Shown here piece after piece: positions 11,730 through 21,922 of a stretch of 64,000 nt of DNA. Position numbers and translations under genes: made by a program. Below the pieces are notes generated by a model. That model saw nothing but the letters and a program-made list of their open reading frames with translations, made no database searches and had not been told where the DNA came from. The stretch covers positions 2,266-66,265 of the forward strand of contig JAWUYU010000066.1 of assembly GCA_034110645.1 (NCBI GenBank), in the 5' to 3' direction. The DNA comes from Pseudomonadales bacterium (lineage in GTDB: Bacteria; Pseudomonadota; Gammaproteobacteria; Pseudomonadales; Balneatricaceae). Every line of letters begins with the position of its first letter. Position 1 is the stretch's first letter.

Positions 11730-12206
11730 TTAACCTTGTGGATGAAATAAATGTGTCAATCTTAGGCACCCTGCCGCGGCCACCTCACCTTCCAACAAAG
11801 CCATAGAAGCGGGCCTCATGGGCTCCCCCATAGACTCATCGGCGTGACAAAAATGGCCAATCAAACCACTGATTAAAGGTTGATGAGTAATCAGAACCAC
11901 GTTTTCATGGTGTTGCTGAAGCAAGAATTTTTGCACTTGCTCGATTTCACCGTGTGGGGTAATACAATCTAGGGATCGCAAAGTTAAGCCGTGGTTTTTA
12001 TCAGTGTAGTTGCTCAGTAACAAAGATGCCGTTTGTTGGGCCCTAACATAAGGGCTAGCCCAAAGGTCGGTGAACTCATGCCAAGGCACCGTTGGATTTT
12101 GGCATTGTTGTAGTACTGATATACTACCACCCTGAGTAAGTGGGCGTTGAGCATCGGTGGGGGCATTAAAACTTGCCTCACCATGACGCATTAGCAGCAA
12201 TTTCAT
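11730..12206 (-). CDS. sixA: Phosphohistidine phosphatase SixA
   Basis: LMRHGEA, SPYVRAQQTA, THQP. Confidence 0.92.
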   Translation of the reverse strand: MKLLLMRHGEASFNAPTDAQRPLTQGGSISVLQQCQNPTVPWHEFTDLWASPYVRAQQTASLLLSNYTDKNHGLTLRSLDCITPHGEIEQVQKFLLQQHHENVVLITHQPLISGLIGHFCHADESMGEPMRPASMALLEGEVAAAGCLRLTHLFHPQG

Positions 12207-12520
12207 TAGTCTTCAGTCTTAGGCAAATCTTCTGCCTCTGGCAAATCTTCTGCCTCTGGCCAATCACTAAATGGAAACGGTTTGCTTTCAGTTTGGTAAG
12301 ACAAAAAACGATAACTGTGTAGGATAAAGCGCCCTAAACTATTACTGAACTGAAGTATTGCCTGGTGGCTTGATTCGTTAAATAGCCGATAAAGAAATTG
12401 TCCAACCACTAACAGTACTAATATCGACGCTGCAATTTCTACCAACAACAAACTCAACAACATAAATACCAAGCGTAGCCAGAAGGCTTCTGAGGTCAGG
12501 TTATTTTTAAATGCTTGCAT
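12206..12520 (-). CDS. DUF4389-like membrane protein
   Basis: WLRLVFM and FLSYQTESKPFPFSDWP; conserved position between gpsA and sixA. Confidence 0.75.
   Translation of the reverse strand: MQAFKNNLTSEAFWLRLVFMLLSLLLVEIAASILVLLVVGQFLYRLFNESSHQAILQFSNSLGRFILHSYRFLSYQTESKPFPFSDWPEAEDLPEAEDLPKTED
12222..12257. repeat. 18-bp in-frame tandem duplication (PEAEDL x2)
   Basis: GGCAAATCTTCTGCCTCT repeated twice exactly. Confidence 0.85.
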
Positions 12521-12583
12521 AAAATCCTCTCCGTTAACTCCGATGCCTTTAACATAGGGCCTATGCCCTCATATTTCAAGTCA

Positions 12584-13606
12584 TTAACTACGTTTTAGTA
12601 CAAATTCAACGTCTGAGTTTTGATCTCGCGCCATGAGCGATTGAGCAACAGTAGACACCTCTGCGCCTTGGTAAACCAATGCGTAAAGAGCATCCACTAA
12701 AGGCATATGCACCTGTAGCTCATCAGCTTTCTTCTTCACTAAAGCCAGAGTATTTACACCTTCGGCAACCTCTCCCAACTCTGCTACAGCCTCATCTAGA
12801 GGCTTGCCTTGACCTAAGGCATAACCTACTCGGTAATTTCGGCTCAAAGGAGACATACAGGTAACGATAAGGTCTCCAACGCCTGATAACCCCAAGAAGG
12901 TCATTGGATTAGCCCCCATATGCACTGCTAGGCGGCTCATTTCGGCTAAACTACGCGTTAATAGCATGCTACGAGTATTTTCTCCCATACCCATAGCTGC
13001 ACTCAATCCCGCAGCAATGGCATAGATATTTTTGAGTGCACCACCTAACTCCGTGCCGTATCGATCATTACTGGCATACACACGAAAGAAATGACACTGC
13101 AAAATGTCCTGCACTTGCTGGCGTAAGCCTTCATTATCGCTAGCGATAACAGTACCAGTTAGCTGTTTTTCTGCTACCTCTTTAGCCAGATTTGGGCCAC
13201 TGATCACCCCTACAGGGTTATCTGGAAAGTAAACTTCCAGCACCTGACTCATCAATAAGAAATTATCAGGCTCAATACCTTTTGCCGTAGTAACTAGGTA
13301 TTTTTGTGGATTGATATAGGCTTTAGCTTGGTCTAACAAGTCTCTAAAAGCTTTACTCGGTACTGAAAATATCACTGTATCTGCATCACTAATACAGACA
13401 CTCAAATCTGTCACTATCTCAAGATTTTCATGCAGAACCAGCCCCGGCAAATAGCGAGAGTTAACACGCGTTTCACGCATTTCTTGCGCTAACGTTTCAT
13501 CACGTAACCACAAACGTACAGGAAATCCATTATGGGCGACAATATTAGCCAATACAGTACCAAAGCTACCGCCACCAATCACTGCAACTCTATGTTGTAA
13601 GTTCAT
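12584..13606 (-). CDS. gpsA: NAD(P)H-dependent glycerol-3-phosphate dehydrogenase
   Basis: GGGSFGT, GGALKN, GDLIVTC.S.LSRN. Confidence 0.96.
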   Translation of the reverse strand: MNLQHRVAVIGGGSFGTVLANIVAHNGFPVRLWLRDETLAQEMRETRVNSRYLPGLVLHENLEIVTDLSVCISDADTVIFSVPSKAFRDLLDQAKAYINPQKYLVTTAKGIEPDNFLLMSQVLEVYFPDNPVGVISGPNLAKEVAEKQLTGTVIASDNEGLRQQVQDILQCHFFRVYASNDRYGTELGGALKNIYAIAAGLSAAMGMGENTRSMLLTRSLAEMSRLAVHMGANPMTFLGLSGVGDLIVTCMSPLSRNYRVGYALGQGKPLDEAVAELGEVAEGVNTLALVKKKADELQVHMPLVDALYALVYQGAEVSTVAQSLMARDQNSDVEFVLKRS

Positions 13607-13617
13607 TGTGCTTCCTA

Positions 13618-14874
13618 TTACACCAATAATTCGTTAGGTGTCGGTTCACATTCCAAACGTTTTCCTAACATTACTTCTAAGTCAGGAATGATAAAAGCAT
13701 CATCTTCAGAGGCAAAGCTAATGGCAATACCAGAAGCTCCTGCTCGGCCTGTACGCCCGATACGATGCACGTAATCTTCTAGTTCTTCTGGTAGATCGTA
13801 GTTAAACACATGGCTTACTCCATCCACATGAATGCCTCGGCCTGCTACGTCTGTCGCTACTAATATGGGCGTCTTACCACTGCGGAATTGCTCTAACGTT
13901 TTAACCCGTTTCGCTTGTGCAACTTCGCCCGACAAAAGAGCACTTTTTATACCGTCTTTTTGCAGCTTCTCAGCCAAATCCCGTGTAATGTGGCGTCGGT
14001 TAGCAAATACAATAGCACGCTCTACCCCCATTGTTTTTAGGCAATTGAGTAATAGTTTATATTTATCAGCACGAGCTACAGAATAGAAACGCTGCTCTAC
14101 ATTAGCCGAGGCCAGGTCATCAGACTCAATTTCCACATGTACAGGTTCAAAAGTCCACTGTTCTGCTAAGCGTAATATCTGTTCACTGAAAGTGGCGCTG
14201 AATAACAATGTTTGACGATCTTCTTTCTTAGGAGTTTGACGAATAATTGCTCGCACATCGGGAATAAAGCCCATGCTCAGCATCCGGTCTGCTTCATCCA
14301 GCACAACTACTTCTACTTCGCGCAGGTTTACATAGCCTCGGCGACAGAAGTCTAACAATCGACCAGGTGTAGCTACCATAATGTCGGTATGCTGCCGTTG
14401 TAATTGCTTTTGTTGGGCTTCAAAGTCCATGCCGCCAACAAGTTGCTGCACGTTAACATCACAAAAACGAGTAAGGTCTTCCGCATCACTGGCAATTTGC
14501 ATCACCAACTCACGGGTTGGTGCAATAATAAGTGCTCTTGGAGCACCTAATCTACGCGGACCTTCTATAGGAAAATCTAAGAAGTCGGTAATAATACTAA
14601 GTAAAAACGCAGCTGTCTTACCAGAGCCTGTCTGTGCTTTACCAGTAATGTCTTTTCCGGCTAAAGATTCAGGCAAAGTTAGTGCTTGTATAGGACTACA
14701 ATATTCATATCCCAACGCTGCAACGCCTTGCATTACTTCGTCAGGTAAATCTAAATCGTGAAAGCGTGTTTTGCCTTCCTCTTGTGGGACGACAAAATCG
14801 TCCAGCGACCATTTTTGGTCAGTAGATTTTGAATCATTTGATTTCAAGGTGATTTTCCATTGAGAGGCGCGCAC
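13618..14874 (-). CDS. rhlB: DEAD-box RNA helicase RhlB
   Basis: [27 protein letters not shown]; Pseudomonas-type N-terminus DFVVP..GKTRFHD; start uncertain. Confidence 0.85.
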   Translation of the reverse strand: MRASQWKITLKSNDSKSTDQKWSLDDFVVPQEEGKTRFHDLDLPDEVMQGVAALGYEYCSPIQALTLPESLAGKDITGKAQTGSGKTAAFLLSIITDFLDFPIEGPRRLGAPRALIIAPTRELVMQIASDAEDLTRFCDVNVQQLVGGMDFEAQQKQLQRQHTDIMVATPGRLLDFCRRGYVNLREVEVVVLDEADRMLSMGFIPDVRAIIRQTPKKEDRQTLLFSATFSEQILRLAEQWTFEPVHVEIESDDLASANVEQRFYSVARADKYKLLLNCLKTMGVERAIVFANRRHITRDLAEKLQKDGIKSALLSGEVAQAKRVKTLEQFRSGKTPILVATDVAGRGIHVDGVSHVFNYDLPEELEDYVHRIGRTGRAGASGIAISFASEDDAFIIPDLEVMLGKRLECEPTPNELLV

Positions 14875-14989
14875 GCCTCAGTAAGATAAACTACAACAAG
14901 GCAGTATAGAGAGTTTAAGGCCATTATACAAAGTGGTTTATGCTAGCACTTTCGTAGCATTTTGTTAGTATTTTTCCTGGTTTTTCCCA

Positions 14990-17119
14990 CTAACCAAACT
15001 GCCTTTCATATGGTGGCAATGCCTGTAAAAGCTGTTGCCCATAACGCTTACTAACGATACGCTTATCTAAAATAGTAATACGGCCTTTGTCATCCTCTTT
15101 ACGCAATAACCGACCCGTAGCCTGTACCAACCTAACGCTTGCTTCTGGTACCGACAGTTCAGCAAAACTATTACCACCAGATTTTTCAATCCACTCGGCA
15201 AGGGCCGATGGCACAGGGCGATCCGGTACCGTAAATGGCAGTCGAGTTATCACCACATGAGTTAAATAAACACCTGGCAAATCGATGCCCTCTGCAAAAC
15301 TTGCCAATCCAAACAAAACACTGCCCTCACCTTCATCAATCCGCTGCTTGTGCTGATCTAATAAGCGTTGTTTAGAAGACTCGCCCTGCTGCAAGATCAG
15401 GTCTTGCCATTCATCTCCCATGCCTTCAAATACTAGCTGCATTACTCTCTTTGAGGTAAACAATACCAAACTAGCTTCAGCCTGATTTAGCTGAGCTTTG
15501 AGACCAATAATAAGATGATCTACAAATACTGCCTCAGGCCCTGGTTCAACAGCTTCTTTTGGCACACATATCTGCGATTTTGCAAAATCAAAGGGACTAG
15601 CCACTGCAAGCATGGTGCTGCGAGGATTTAAACCAGCATGGGTAACTAAACGGTCGAAGCGCCCTAAAGCAGTAAGCGTAGCCGAAGTTAGTAAAGCACC
15701 ATAACACCGTTGCCATAAATTCTTCTGTAAGAGTTCGCCAGCCATTATGGGGCTTGCAGAAACCTCTAAATCTACTCTCTCTGGTGTTTGCCAATACTGC
15801 AACCACCGTGCCATGGGCACTGCACCTGGCTGGTCTACCTTAGCGTAAGCTTGCCATAACCCTAGCTGTTGCTCAGAGTTTTGTTGCAACACCCCAAACG
15901 CGGCTAAATAATTTTCAGCTTGATCTTTCGGTAGGCCGTTTTGTTCGCCTTTAACAACGTCGTCCATCAACCCATGCAAGGCACCTAAGTCTCTAGCCAA
16001 GCGCGCACTCGTCAAGCCCATATCATGAGTTATCTGAACTAATTCTGCCGGGATTATACCCTGAGAAAAGCGGTAGTTTTCTTGTTGCTGATAACCATCC
16101 TGAGGCCTAAACGCGGACTGATCCAAAAACTGTTCTAAACCAACTAGTTGCTCTTCAAGCACTTGCACATGCTCTTGTACCTGAACACTTAGTTGTGCGC
16201 CTTTACCACCACCCTGCCATTCCTTTAAAAATTTCTTTACGCCAGAACGCGTTTGTCCGTACCAACGGCTAAGTTGGCGGATACCTTGTTGGTGGGTGAA
16301 CTGTTTCAGTGTTTTATCGGCCAAATGGTGACCTTCATCAAAGATGTAAATAGCATCTTCTGGCGCTGGTAAAATGGCTCCACCACCTAATGCCAGGTCT
16401 GCCAAAACCAAATCGTGATTAGTGACAATGCAATCGGCCTGCTCTAAACCATCTCTAGCCTTAAAGAATGGACACTGACTAAAATGGCTGCAACGGCGAT
16501 TAGTACAACCTTTGTGATCCGTAGTAACGGGTCGCCAGTAATCTTCTACCAACGTGTCTTTCCATGCATCACGATCACCGTCCCATTGGTTGCTACCAAA
16601 CTGCACCACCATATCTTTATACAAAGCTTGCTGTTTACCATCAAGTTTAAGTGCTAGCTCGTCCTCAAATAAGGCTTGAGTGGGGTCTATAGATGCATTT
16701 TGAGAGAGCGCTTGATCTAGCCTAGATACACATAAGTATCGTCGGCGACCTTTAGCAAGTTGGAAATCAAAGTCATAACCACCATGCTTCTTAAGGGCTG
16801 GCAGATCTTTTTGAATAATTTGTTCTTGTAATGCAATGGTGGCAGTTGAAATTATTAACTTTTTATCGAGCGCTTTAGCAATAGGCAAACACGCTACCAT
16901 ATAGGCTAAGGTCTTGCCCGTACCAGTACCCGCCTCTACTAGGCACACTGGATTATCATCATTACGATGACCATCCCCATCCATCTTTATACCCAAAAAA
17001 TGGTTAGCCACAGTGGCTATCATCTGTTTTTGACCCCAGCGAGGCTTAAGATCTAGCTGCTTAACCAGCTGACGATAAAGTTGTTGGATATCTTGTTTCA
17101 CAGCAGCAGAATCAGACAC
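14990..17119 (-). CDS. dinG: ATP-dependent DNA helicase DinG
   Basis: EAGTGTGKT, Fe-S cysteine cluster, DEGHHL, QATGRLLR. Confidence 0.93.
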   Translation of the reverse strand: MSDSAAVKQDIQQLYRQLVKQLDLKPRWGQKQMIATVANHFLGIKMDGDGHRNDDNPVCLVEAGTGTGKTLAYMVACLPIAKALDKKLIISTATIALQEQIIQKDLPALKKHGGYDFDFQLAKGRRRYLCVSRLDQALSQNASIDPTQALFEDELALKLDGKQQALYKDMVVQFGSNQWDGDRDAWKDTLVEDYWRPVTTDHKGCTNRRCSHFSQCPFFKARDGLEQADCIVTNHDLVLADLALGGGAILPAPEDAIYIFDEGHHLADKTLKQFTHQQGIRQLSRWYGQTRSGVKKFLKEWQGGGKGAQLSVQVQEHVQVLEEQLVGLEQFLDQSAFRPQDGYQQQENYRFSQGIIPAELVQITHDMGLTSARLARDLGALHGLMDDVVKGEQNGLPKDQAENYLAAFGVLQQNSEQQLGLWQAYAKVDQPGAVPMARWLQYWQTPERVDLEVSASPIMAGELLQKNLWQRCYGALLTSATLTALGRFDRLVTHAGLNPRSTMLAVASPFDFAKSQICVPKEAVEPGPEAVFVDHLIIGLKAQLNQAEASLVLFTSKRVMQLVFEGMGDEWQDLILQQGESSKQRLLDQHKQRIDEGEGSVLFGLASFAEGIDLPGVYLTHVVITRLPFTVPDRPVPSALAEWIEKSGGNSFAELSVPEASVRLVQATGRLLRKEDDKGRITILDKRIVSKRYGQQLLQALPPYERQFG

Positions 17120-17232
17120 GTAGGAAGCTCTTAGTTAGCATCAAATAATCGGCCATTAGGGTACACCATTTTAGCCACAAAAGCTGACAGTAAGCATGCG
17201 AATAAAAATAAAACTTGCCACCAACAATTTTA

Positions 17233-17267
17233 CTGGTATTATATACAGTAACTGTACAAACAACCAG
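17233..17267. promoter_or_regulatory. Two tandem LexA (SOS) boxes between divergent dinG and lexA
   Basis: CTG-gtattatata-CAG (17233-17248) and CTG-tacaaacaac-CAG (17252-17267) both fit CTG-N10-CAG. Confidence 0.9.
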
Positions 17268-17297
17268 CATATCCGCAATGCGTTAGGAGGAAGTAAA

Positions 17298-17906
17298 ATG
17301 ATTAAGTTGACCCCACGCCAAGATCAGGTGCTCGACTGCATCCGTAGCTACATTACCGACACCGGCTATCCACCAACTCGCGCAGAAATTGCTAAAGAAC
17401 TCGGATTCAAGTCACCAAACGCTGCAGAAGAACATGTAAAAGCACTCGCTCGTAAAGGTGCGATTGAAATCATTGCAGGTGCTTCTCGTGGCATACGAGT
17501 GCCAGATATGCACGAGGTCGACTTAGGTTTACCGATTATCGGCATGGTGGCTGCTGGTAGCCCATTGTTAGCACAAGAACACATAAGCGATTATTGCGCC
17601 ATTCCAGAAAACTTATTCTACCCAAAGGCAGACTATTTACTTAAAGTTAGCGGCATGTCAATGAAAGACATAGGCATTTACGATGGCGATTTATTAGCAG
17701 TACACAAAACAGATCAAGCCAGAAATGGACAAGTTGTGGTAGCGCGCATTAACGATGAAGTTACTGTGAAACGTTTCCAACGTAATGGTAACCAGGTCCA
17801 ACTCATCGCAGAAAATCCAGATTTTTTGCCTATTGAAGTCGACCTTACAAAAGAACACTTAAGTATTGAAGGCCTGAGCGTTGGTGTTATACGTCGCGGC
17901 AACTAG
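17298..17906 (+). CDS. lexA: SOS repressor LexA
   Basis: [12 protein letters not shown] cleavage site, GMSM and VTVK catalytic residues; RBS AGGAGG supports a start at 17298 rather than 17196. Confidence 0.97.
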   Translation: MIKLTPRQDQVLDCIRSYITDTGYPPTRAEIAKELGFKSPNAAEEHVKALARKGAIEIIAGASRGIRVPDMHEVDLGLPIIGMVAAGSPLLAQEHISDYCAIPENLFYPKADYLLKVSGMSMKDIGIYDGDLLAVHKTDQARNGQVVVARINDEVTVKRFQRNGNQVQLIAENPDFLPIEVDLTKEHLSIEGLSVGVIRRGN

Positions 17907-17927
17907 ACCTAAAAAAGGAACAACATT

Positions 17928-18383
17928 ATGTGGCAGCAAAAGCAACAAAACGACACTAGTATCGATGGTATTTTAGCTGAGCATCAACTAGACCTTTGGG
18001 CTCAAGAAGAACAAACAACTGTACAAGACCTAAGCCACATCACAGAAATTATTGTGCGAGGCGAAGCTTGGAACAATATACAAATATTGCTGCCATTACT
18101 TGCTCAACTTAGCCATGATCAACGCTGGCTAGCCTGGGTTGCTCCCCCCCAGTTATTACCTAAAGCTCAACTACAGGCTGCAGGATTTGACTTAAATAAA
18201 ATTATTTTACTTAAACCTGATGCTCAGCACGACACCATGAGCTTAGCCCATCAAGCTCTCAAAAGTGGCACGTGCCATGCTGTTATTAGCTGGTTTGGCG
18301 TTCTTGGTGATCATCAGCTTAACGAGTTAGCTCAGGCTGCAGAGCTGGGAAATAGCCGTGCTTTTTTGATCAGACACCAATAA
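17928..18383 (+). CDS. sulA: Cell division inhibitor SulA
   Basis: RWLAWVAPP, ALKSGTCHAVISW; directly follows lexA as in Pseudomonas. Confidence 0.85.
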   Translation: MWQQKQQNDTSIDGILAEHQLDLWAQEEQTTVQDLSHITEIIVRGEAWNNIQILLPLLAQLSHDQRWLAWVAPPQLLPKAQLQAAGFDLNKIILLKPDAQHDTMSLAHQALKSGTCHAVISWFGVLGDHQLNELAQAAELGNSRAFLIRHQ

Positions 18384-18391
18384 TTTGCTTT

Positions 18392-19678
18392 CTAAACAAC
18401 CATTTCCGTTTCAAAAAATTTTTGTAGTAAATTGTGTGTGATCTGTGCGTCGGCACTGCCTGCTAACTCACGGATAGAGTGCATTGCAAAAGTAGGTACA
18501 CCCAAGTCTAATGTACGCACACCTAGCGCAGCTGCTGTAATAGGCCCAATAGTACTACCACAAGCCATATCACTACGCACCACAAAAGTTTGAATTGGCA
18601 AATCCATTTGTGCAGCCAGTTCTTTTATCATTGCGCTGGTGATTGCATTGGTAGCATAACGTTGATTAGCATTAACCTTAATTACCGGGCCCTGATTTAA
18701 CTTAGGACCATGTTGATCATCATGCTTATTGGTAAAGTTAGGATGGACACCATGAGCATTGTCAGCCGAAATGAAAGTGGACGCATCTAGCACTTGGTGC
18801 AACAGTTCTGCAGTTGGGAAAATACGCTGCAATACCGACATTAAAAAGCTACCTTGAGCTCCTTCCGCCGACTGACTTCCTACTTCTTCGTGGTCATGAC
18901 AAATCAACAACATGCCCTGATCAGTTTGCGAGGCAAGCAGGGCTGTTAGCCCTATATAACAACTTAACAAATTATCTAACCTTGCAGCTGCCAAAAATTC
19001 TTCTTTAAGCCCCACCAAAGCAGGTGCCTGAACGTCATAAAAGCTCAGTTCATAATCGATGACCTGATCAACTTGATGACCATTGGCCTTTAACTCATCG
19101 GCAAGTACGCTACGCAAACTAAAGTCGTCCCCTAATGCCTGACCCAGAAGTACTGGCAAATCTGTTTGTGGGTTTACACTATGTTCTTTGTTAGCTTCAC
19201 GGTCTAAATGTATCGCTAAGCTTGGAATACAGGCTATAGGGCGTTTGAAATCTATTAAGTGACTCACTAATTGGTTGCTAGCATCACGGCAAACAACCCT
19301 ACCCGCTAAAGACAAGTCACGGTCAAACCATGGATGCAACAGAGCACCACCATAAACCTCCACACCTAACTGCTGATAGCCTTGGCATTGAATTTCTGGG
19401 TTAGGCTTAACCTTTAAACACGGACTGTCTGTATGGGCACCCACCATATGCATGCGCTGTATGGCATTTTCTTGAGGCAACTGAAAGGCGACTATGGTTG
19501 AATCATTGCGGGTAATGTAATAGCGCTCTCCAGCCTTTAAATGCCAGGTATTTGCCACATGAAGTTGACTGTAGCCTGCCATATTTAATTGGCTTTCCAT
19601 TGAAGCTACGGCGTGAAAAGGTGTTGACGAGTCACTAATAAAACTCATCAACCCGTTGAGGTAGGCTTGTTGTGCCAT
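18392..19678 (-). CDS. M18-family (aspartyl) aminopeptidase
   Basis: GAHTDSP, RLDNL, DHEEVGS, CGSTIGP, MHSIRE; start moved to MAQQAY at 19678. Confidence 0.92.
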   Translation of the reverse strand: MAQQAYLNGLMSFISDSSTPFHAVASMESQLNMAGYSQLHVANTWHLKAGERYYITRNDSTIVAFQLPQENAIQRMHMVGAHTDSPCLKVKPNPEIQCQGYQQLGVEVYGGALLHPWFDRDLSLAGRVVCRDASNQLVSHLIDFKRPIACIPSLAIHLDREANKEHSVNPQTDLPVLLGQALGDDFSLRSVLADELKANGHQVDQVIDYELSFYDVQAPALVGLKEEFLAAARLDNLLSCYIGLTALLASQTDQGMLLICHDHEEVGSQSAEGAQGSFLMSVLQRIFPTAELLHQVLDASTFISADNAHGVHPNFTNKHDDQHGPKLNQGPVIKVNANQRYATNAITSAMIKELAAQMDLPIQTFVVRSDMACGSTIGPITAAALGVRTLDLGVPTFAMHSIRELAGSADAQITHNLLQKFFETEMVV

Positions 19679-19823
19679 GGTTTTTCTTATTCCATCGTTG
19701 CAAAGGCCTAATACTGCCACATTCCGAGCCGCAAACGTAACGATTATGTAAAGCATTAGCTAAATCGCCTTACATTGACCTGAGAGGTTTGAACAACTTA
19801 CTAAAATTAAGCTAATATAGACT

Positions 19824-19981
19824 AAGACCTTTGCACAAAGCAGACACCAAGATAAAATGGCTAAAATCAACCTACTTTTCGTTGGAAAACTTCGCAATAG
19901 CTAGCTATTACCTGCGTTTCCCGCCTCAATTAGACTGATTTTCCTCATTTCCCTTTTGTCACCGCTTTATGCAAAGGTTTC
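19824..19981. mobile_element. 158-bp MITE-like palindromic element
   Basis: Terminal IRs AAGACCTTTGCACAAAG / CTTTATGCAAAGGTTTC, internal imperfect IRs, and an exactly central AATAGCTAGCTATT palindrome at 19896-19909. Confidence 0.7.
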
Positions 19982-20071
19982 ATAATAATATTAAAACACC
20001 ATTATGCCGCTTGAGCTTTATTATTCCACTACCAAAAAATAAGGTAGCAAGTCTGTACAGGTGTCCTCAGC

Positions 20072-20662
20072 TTATCGCAAATGTAAGTATTGGGCGGTGC
20101 CTTCAAGCAACATCTGTACTGCCATAATAATCAAGATCATACCCATCAAACGCTCTATGGCGAACAAGCCTTTTTCGCCTAACACTCCATACAGTCTCCG
20201 CGACGCTAACAGAATGCCTGCAGAAACAACCCAAGCAGCGGTCACTGCCAACCATAGGTCAAGCCACTGGCCTTCAGCAGAATCACGCATCAACATGATC
20301 ATTGCCAAGCTTGATGGTCCTGCCATCAGTGGGATAGCTAAAGGCACTATAAACGGTTCGCCGCCGGGTGTTTTACCCAACAACCCACCTTCTTTTGGGA
20401 ACACCATCCTTATGGCAATCAAAAATAATACAATGCCGCCGCCAATACGAATAGCCTCTTGTGATACCTGCAAGAATGACAAAATATACGGGCCTAACAG
20501 CAAAAACATTAACAGCACTACGTACGCTATCAACAACTCACGGCGTAAAACCAAACGGCGCCGCTCTTCTGGCACCTGTTTTAATACCGACAAGAATAAA
20601 GGGATGTTCCCCAGTGGATCCATAACCAAAAACAGCAAAGTAGCGGCTGCAAAAATATCCAT
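20072..20662 (-). CDS. MarC-family (YhgN-like) membrane protein
   Basis: LFLVMDPLGNIP, VPLAIPLMAGP, ERLMGMIL. Confidence 0.9.
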   Translation of the reverse strand: MDIFAAATLLFLVMDPLGNIPLFLSVLKQVPEERRRLVLRRELLIAYVVLLMFLLLGPYILSFLQVSQEAIRIGGGIVLFLIAIRMVFPKEGGLLGKTPGGEPFIVPLAIPLMAGPSSLAMIMLMRDSAEGQWLDLWLAVTAAWVVSAGILLASRRLYGVLGEKGLFAIERLMGMILIIMAVQMLLEGTAQYLHLR

Positions 20663-20688
20663 ATGCTTCTCAATAAAATGTTAAATAA

Positions 20689-21684
20689 TTAATCTAAGCG
20701 CCGTTGAATAACAACGGAGTGGTTCCAACTAGGTGCTGATTCCACGTGAGTGGCACGACCGCGTTCTTGGCGAGGCGTAACGTTAAAATGAGTACGGTAC
20801 GTGGTACTAAAATGACTAGCTGAGGAAAATCCACATGCCATACCCACTTCTACAATAGAGCGATCTGTGTCCCGTAACATTTGACGGGCCTTGTCTAACC
20901 TTAGCTGTAGATAGAAGCGTGAAGGCACACTGTCTAAATGCTTTTTAAACAAACGCTCCAAATGCCTCCTAGACAGCCCTACATGATAAGCCAAGTCATC
21001 TGGCGACAAGGGTTCTTCTATGTTGGTTTCCATCAAGGTAACCGCCTCAATAAGCTTAGGCTGACTAGTGCCAATACGAGCCTTAAGAGGAATGCGCTGC
21101 TGAGTATCTTTTGGCCGCATACGCTCTACTAAGAACCATTCAGACAAGTTCACAGCCATGTCTAAATCTTGCTGCTGTGCCAGCCATGCCAACATAAAAT
21201 CAGTAGTTGACGCCCCACCAGCACAGGTCATCAGCTGTACTTCTTGTTCGAACAGTTGGTGACTCCAAAGCACTTCAGGGTAGGCTTGCCTTAGCTTTTC
21301 TATTGCAGACCAATGACAACAGCTACGCTTACCGTTAAGTAAACCAGCATTAGCCAGAGGTAAAACACCTGTGCCTACAGCCAGCATGTTTACCCCCATC
21401 TTAGTTTGTTGCACCAACCAGCGCTCTAACATAGCGTCTGCTTCATTAGGAGCGATCAAATCACCAATAACAAACAAGGTATCTACCCGTTCGCTATCCA
21501 AATAGTTCGTAGTTTTACCTAACACACACTCACCGCCTACGCTCATAAGCTGTAGTCGATATTTCGAATGCTCTAACATACGATTAGTATGCAACAATAG
21601 CTCGGCAATTTGGCCGTAATGGCTCAAACTACTATGAGGCAATAAAAGCAGGCCTATTATATGGGAAGTGTGTAACTCAGACAT
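20689..21684 (-). CDS. argR: GlxA/AraC-family regulator, likely Pseudomonas-type ArgR activator
   Basis: DJ-1-like N-terminal domain plus AraC double HTH (LSRRHLERLF, CGFSSASHFS); divergent from the arginine catabolic cluster. Confidence 0.7.
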   Translation of the reverse strand: MSELHTSHIIGLLLLPHSSLSHYGQIAELLLHTNRMLEHSKYRLQLMSVGGECVLGKTTNYLDSERVDTLFVIGDLIAPNEADAMLERWLVQQTKMGVNMLAVGTGVLPLANAGLLNGKRSCCHWSAIEKLRQAYPEVLWSHQLFEQEVQLMTCAGGASTTDFMLAWLAQQQDLDMAVNLSEWFLVERMRPKDTQQRIPLKARIGTSQPKLIEAVTLMETNIEEPLSPDDLAYHVGLSRRHLERLFKKHLDSVPSRFYLQLRLDKARQMLRDTDRSIVEVGMACGFSSASHFSTTYRTHFNVTPRQERGRATHVESAPSWNHSVVIQRRLD

Positions 21685-21727
21685 AGGCCGTAAGGATACA
21701 CTGAATCATGGAGTGAGTGCATAAAAA

Positions 21728-21842
21728 CGTCATTTACTCCGCCATACAGGTCGTATTTGTAACCCGATAAAATGCCAAATCACACCATAAATAGCCTGAA
21801 TGTCATTTTACCAACAAATAGGGTCGCACTAACTCAACTTAC
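21728..21842 (+). promoter_or_regulatory. Putative ArgR-type tandem binding sites upstream of gdhB
   Basis: Two pairs of half-sites with 21-bp period: CGTCAT(21728)/GGTCGT(21749) and TGTCAT(21801)/GGTCGC-N8-AA(21822); similar to the P. aeruginosa ArgR TGTCGC-N8-AA repeat. Confidence 0.55.
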
Positions 21843-21922
21843 CCCCTAGTGCCCGCCGGCAGTTTCTTGAATAATAGATGTAGCAGCAATACCGTTCGTG
21901 AATTGACTCAAGGAAATACTAC

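Noticed and set aside
20061-20684. 207-aa plus-strand ORF
   Set aside because: Antisense shadow of the marC-family gene. The same applies to the many short ORFs overlapping aroC, rhlB, ftsY, hslVU, sulP and glnA.
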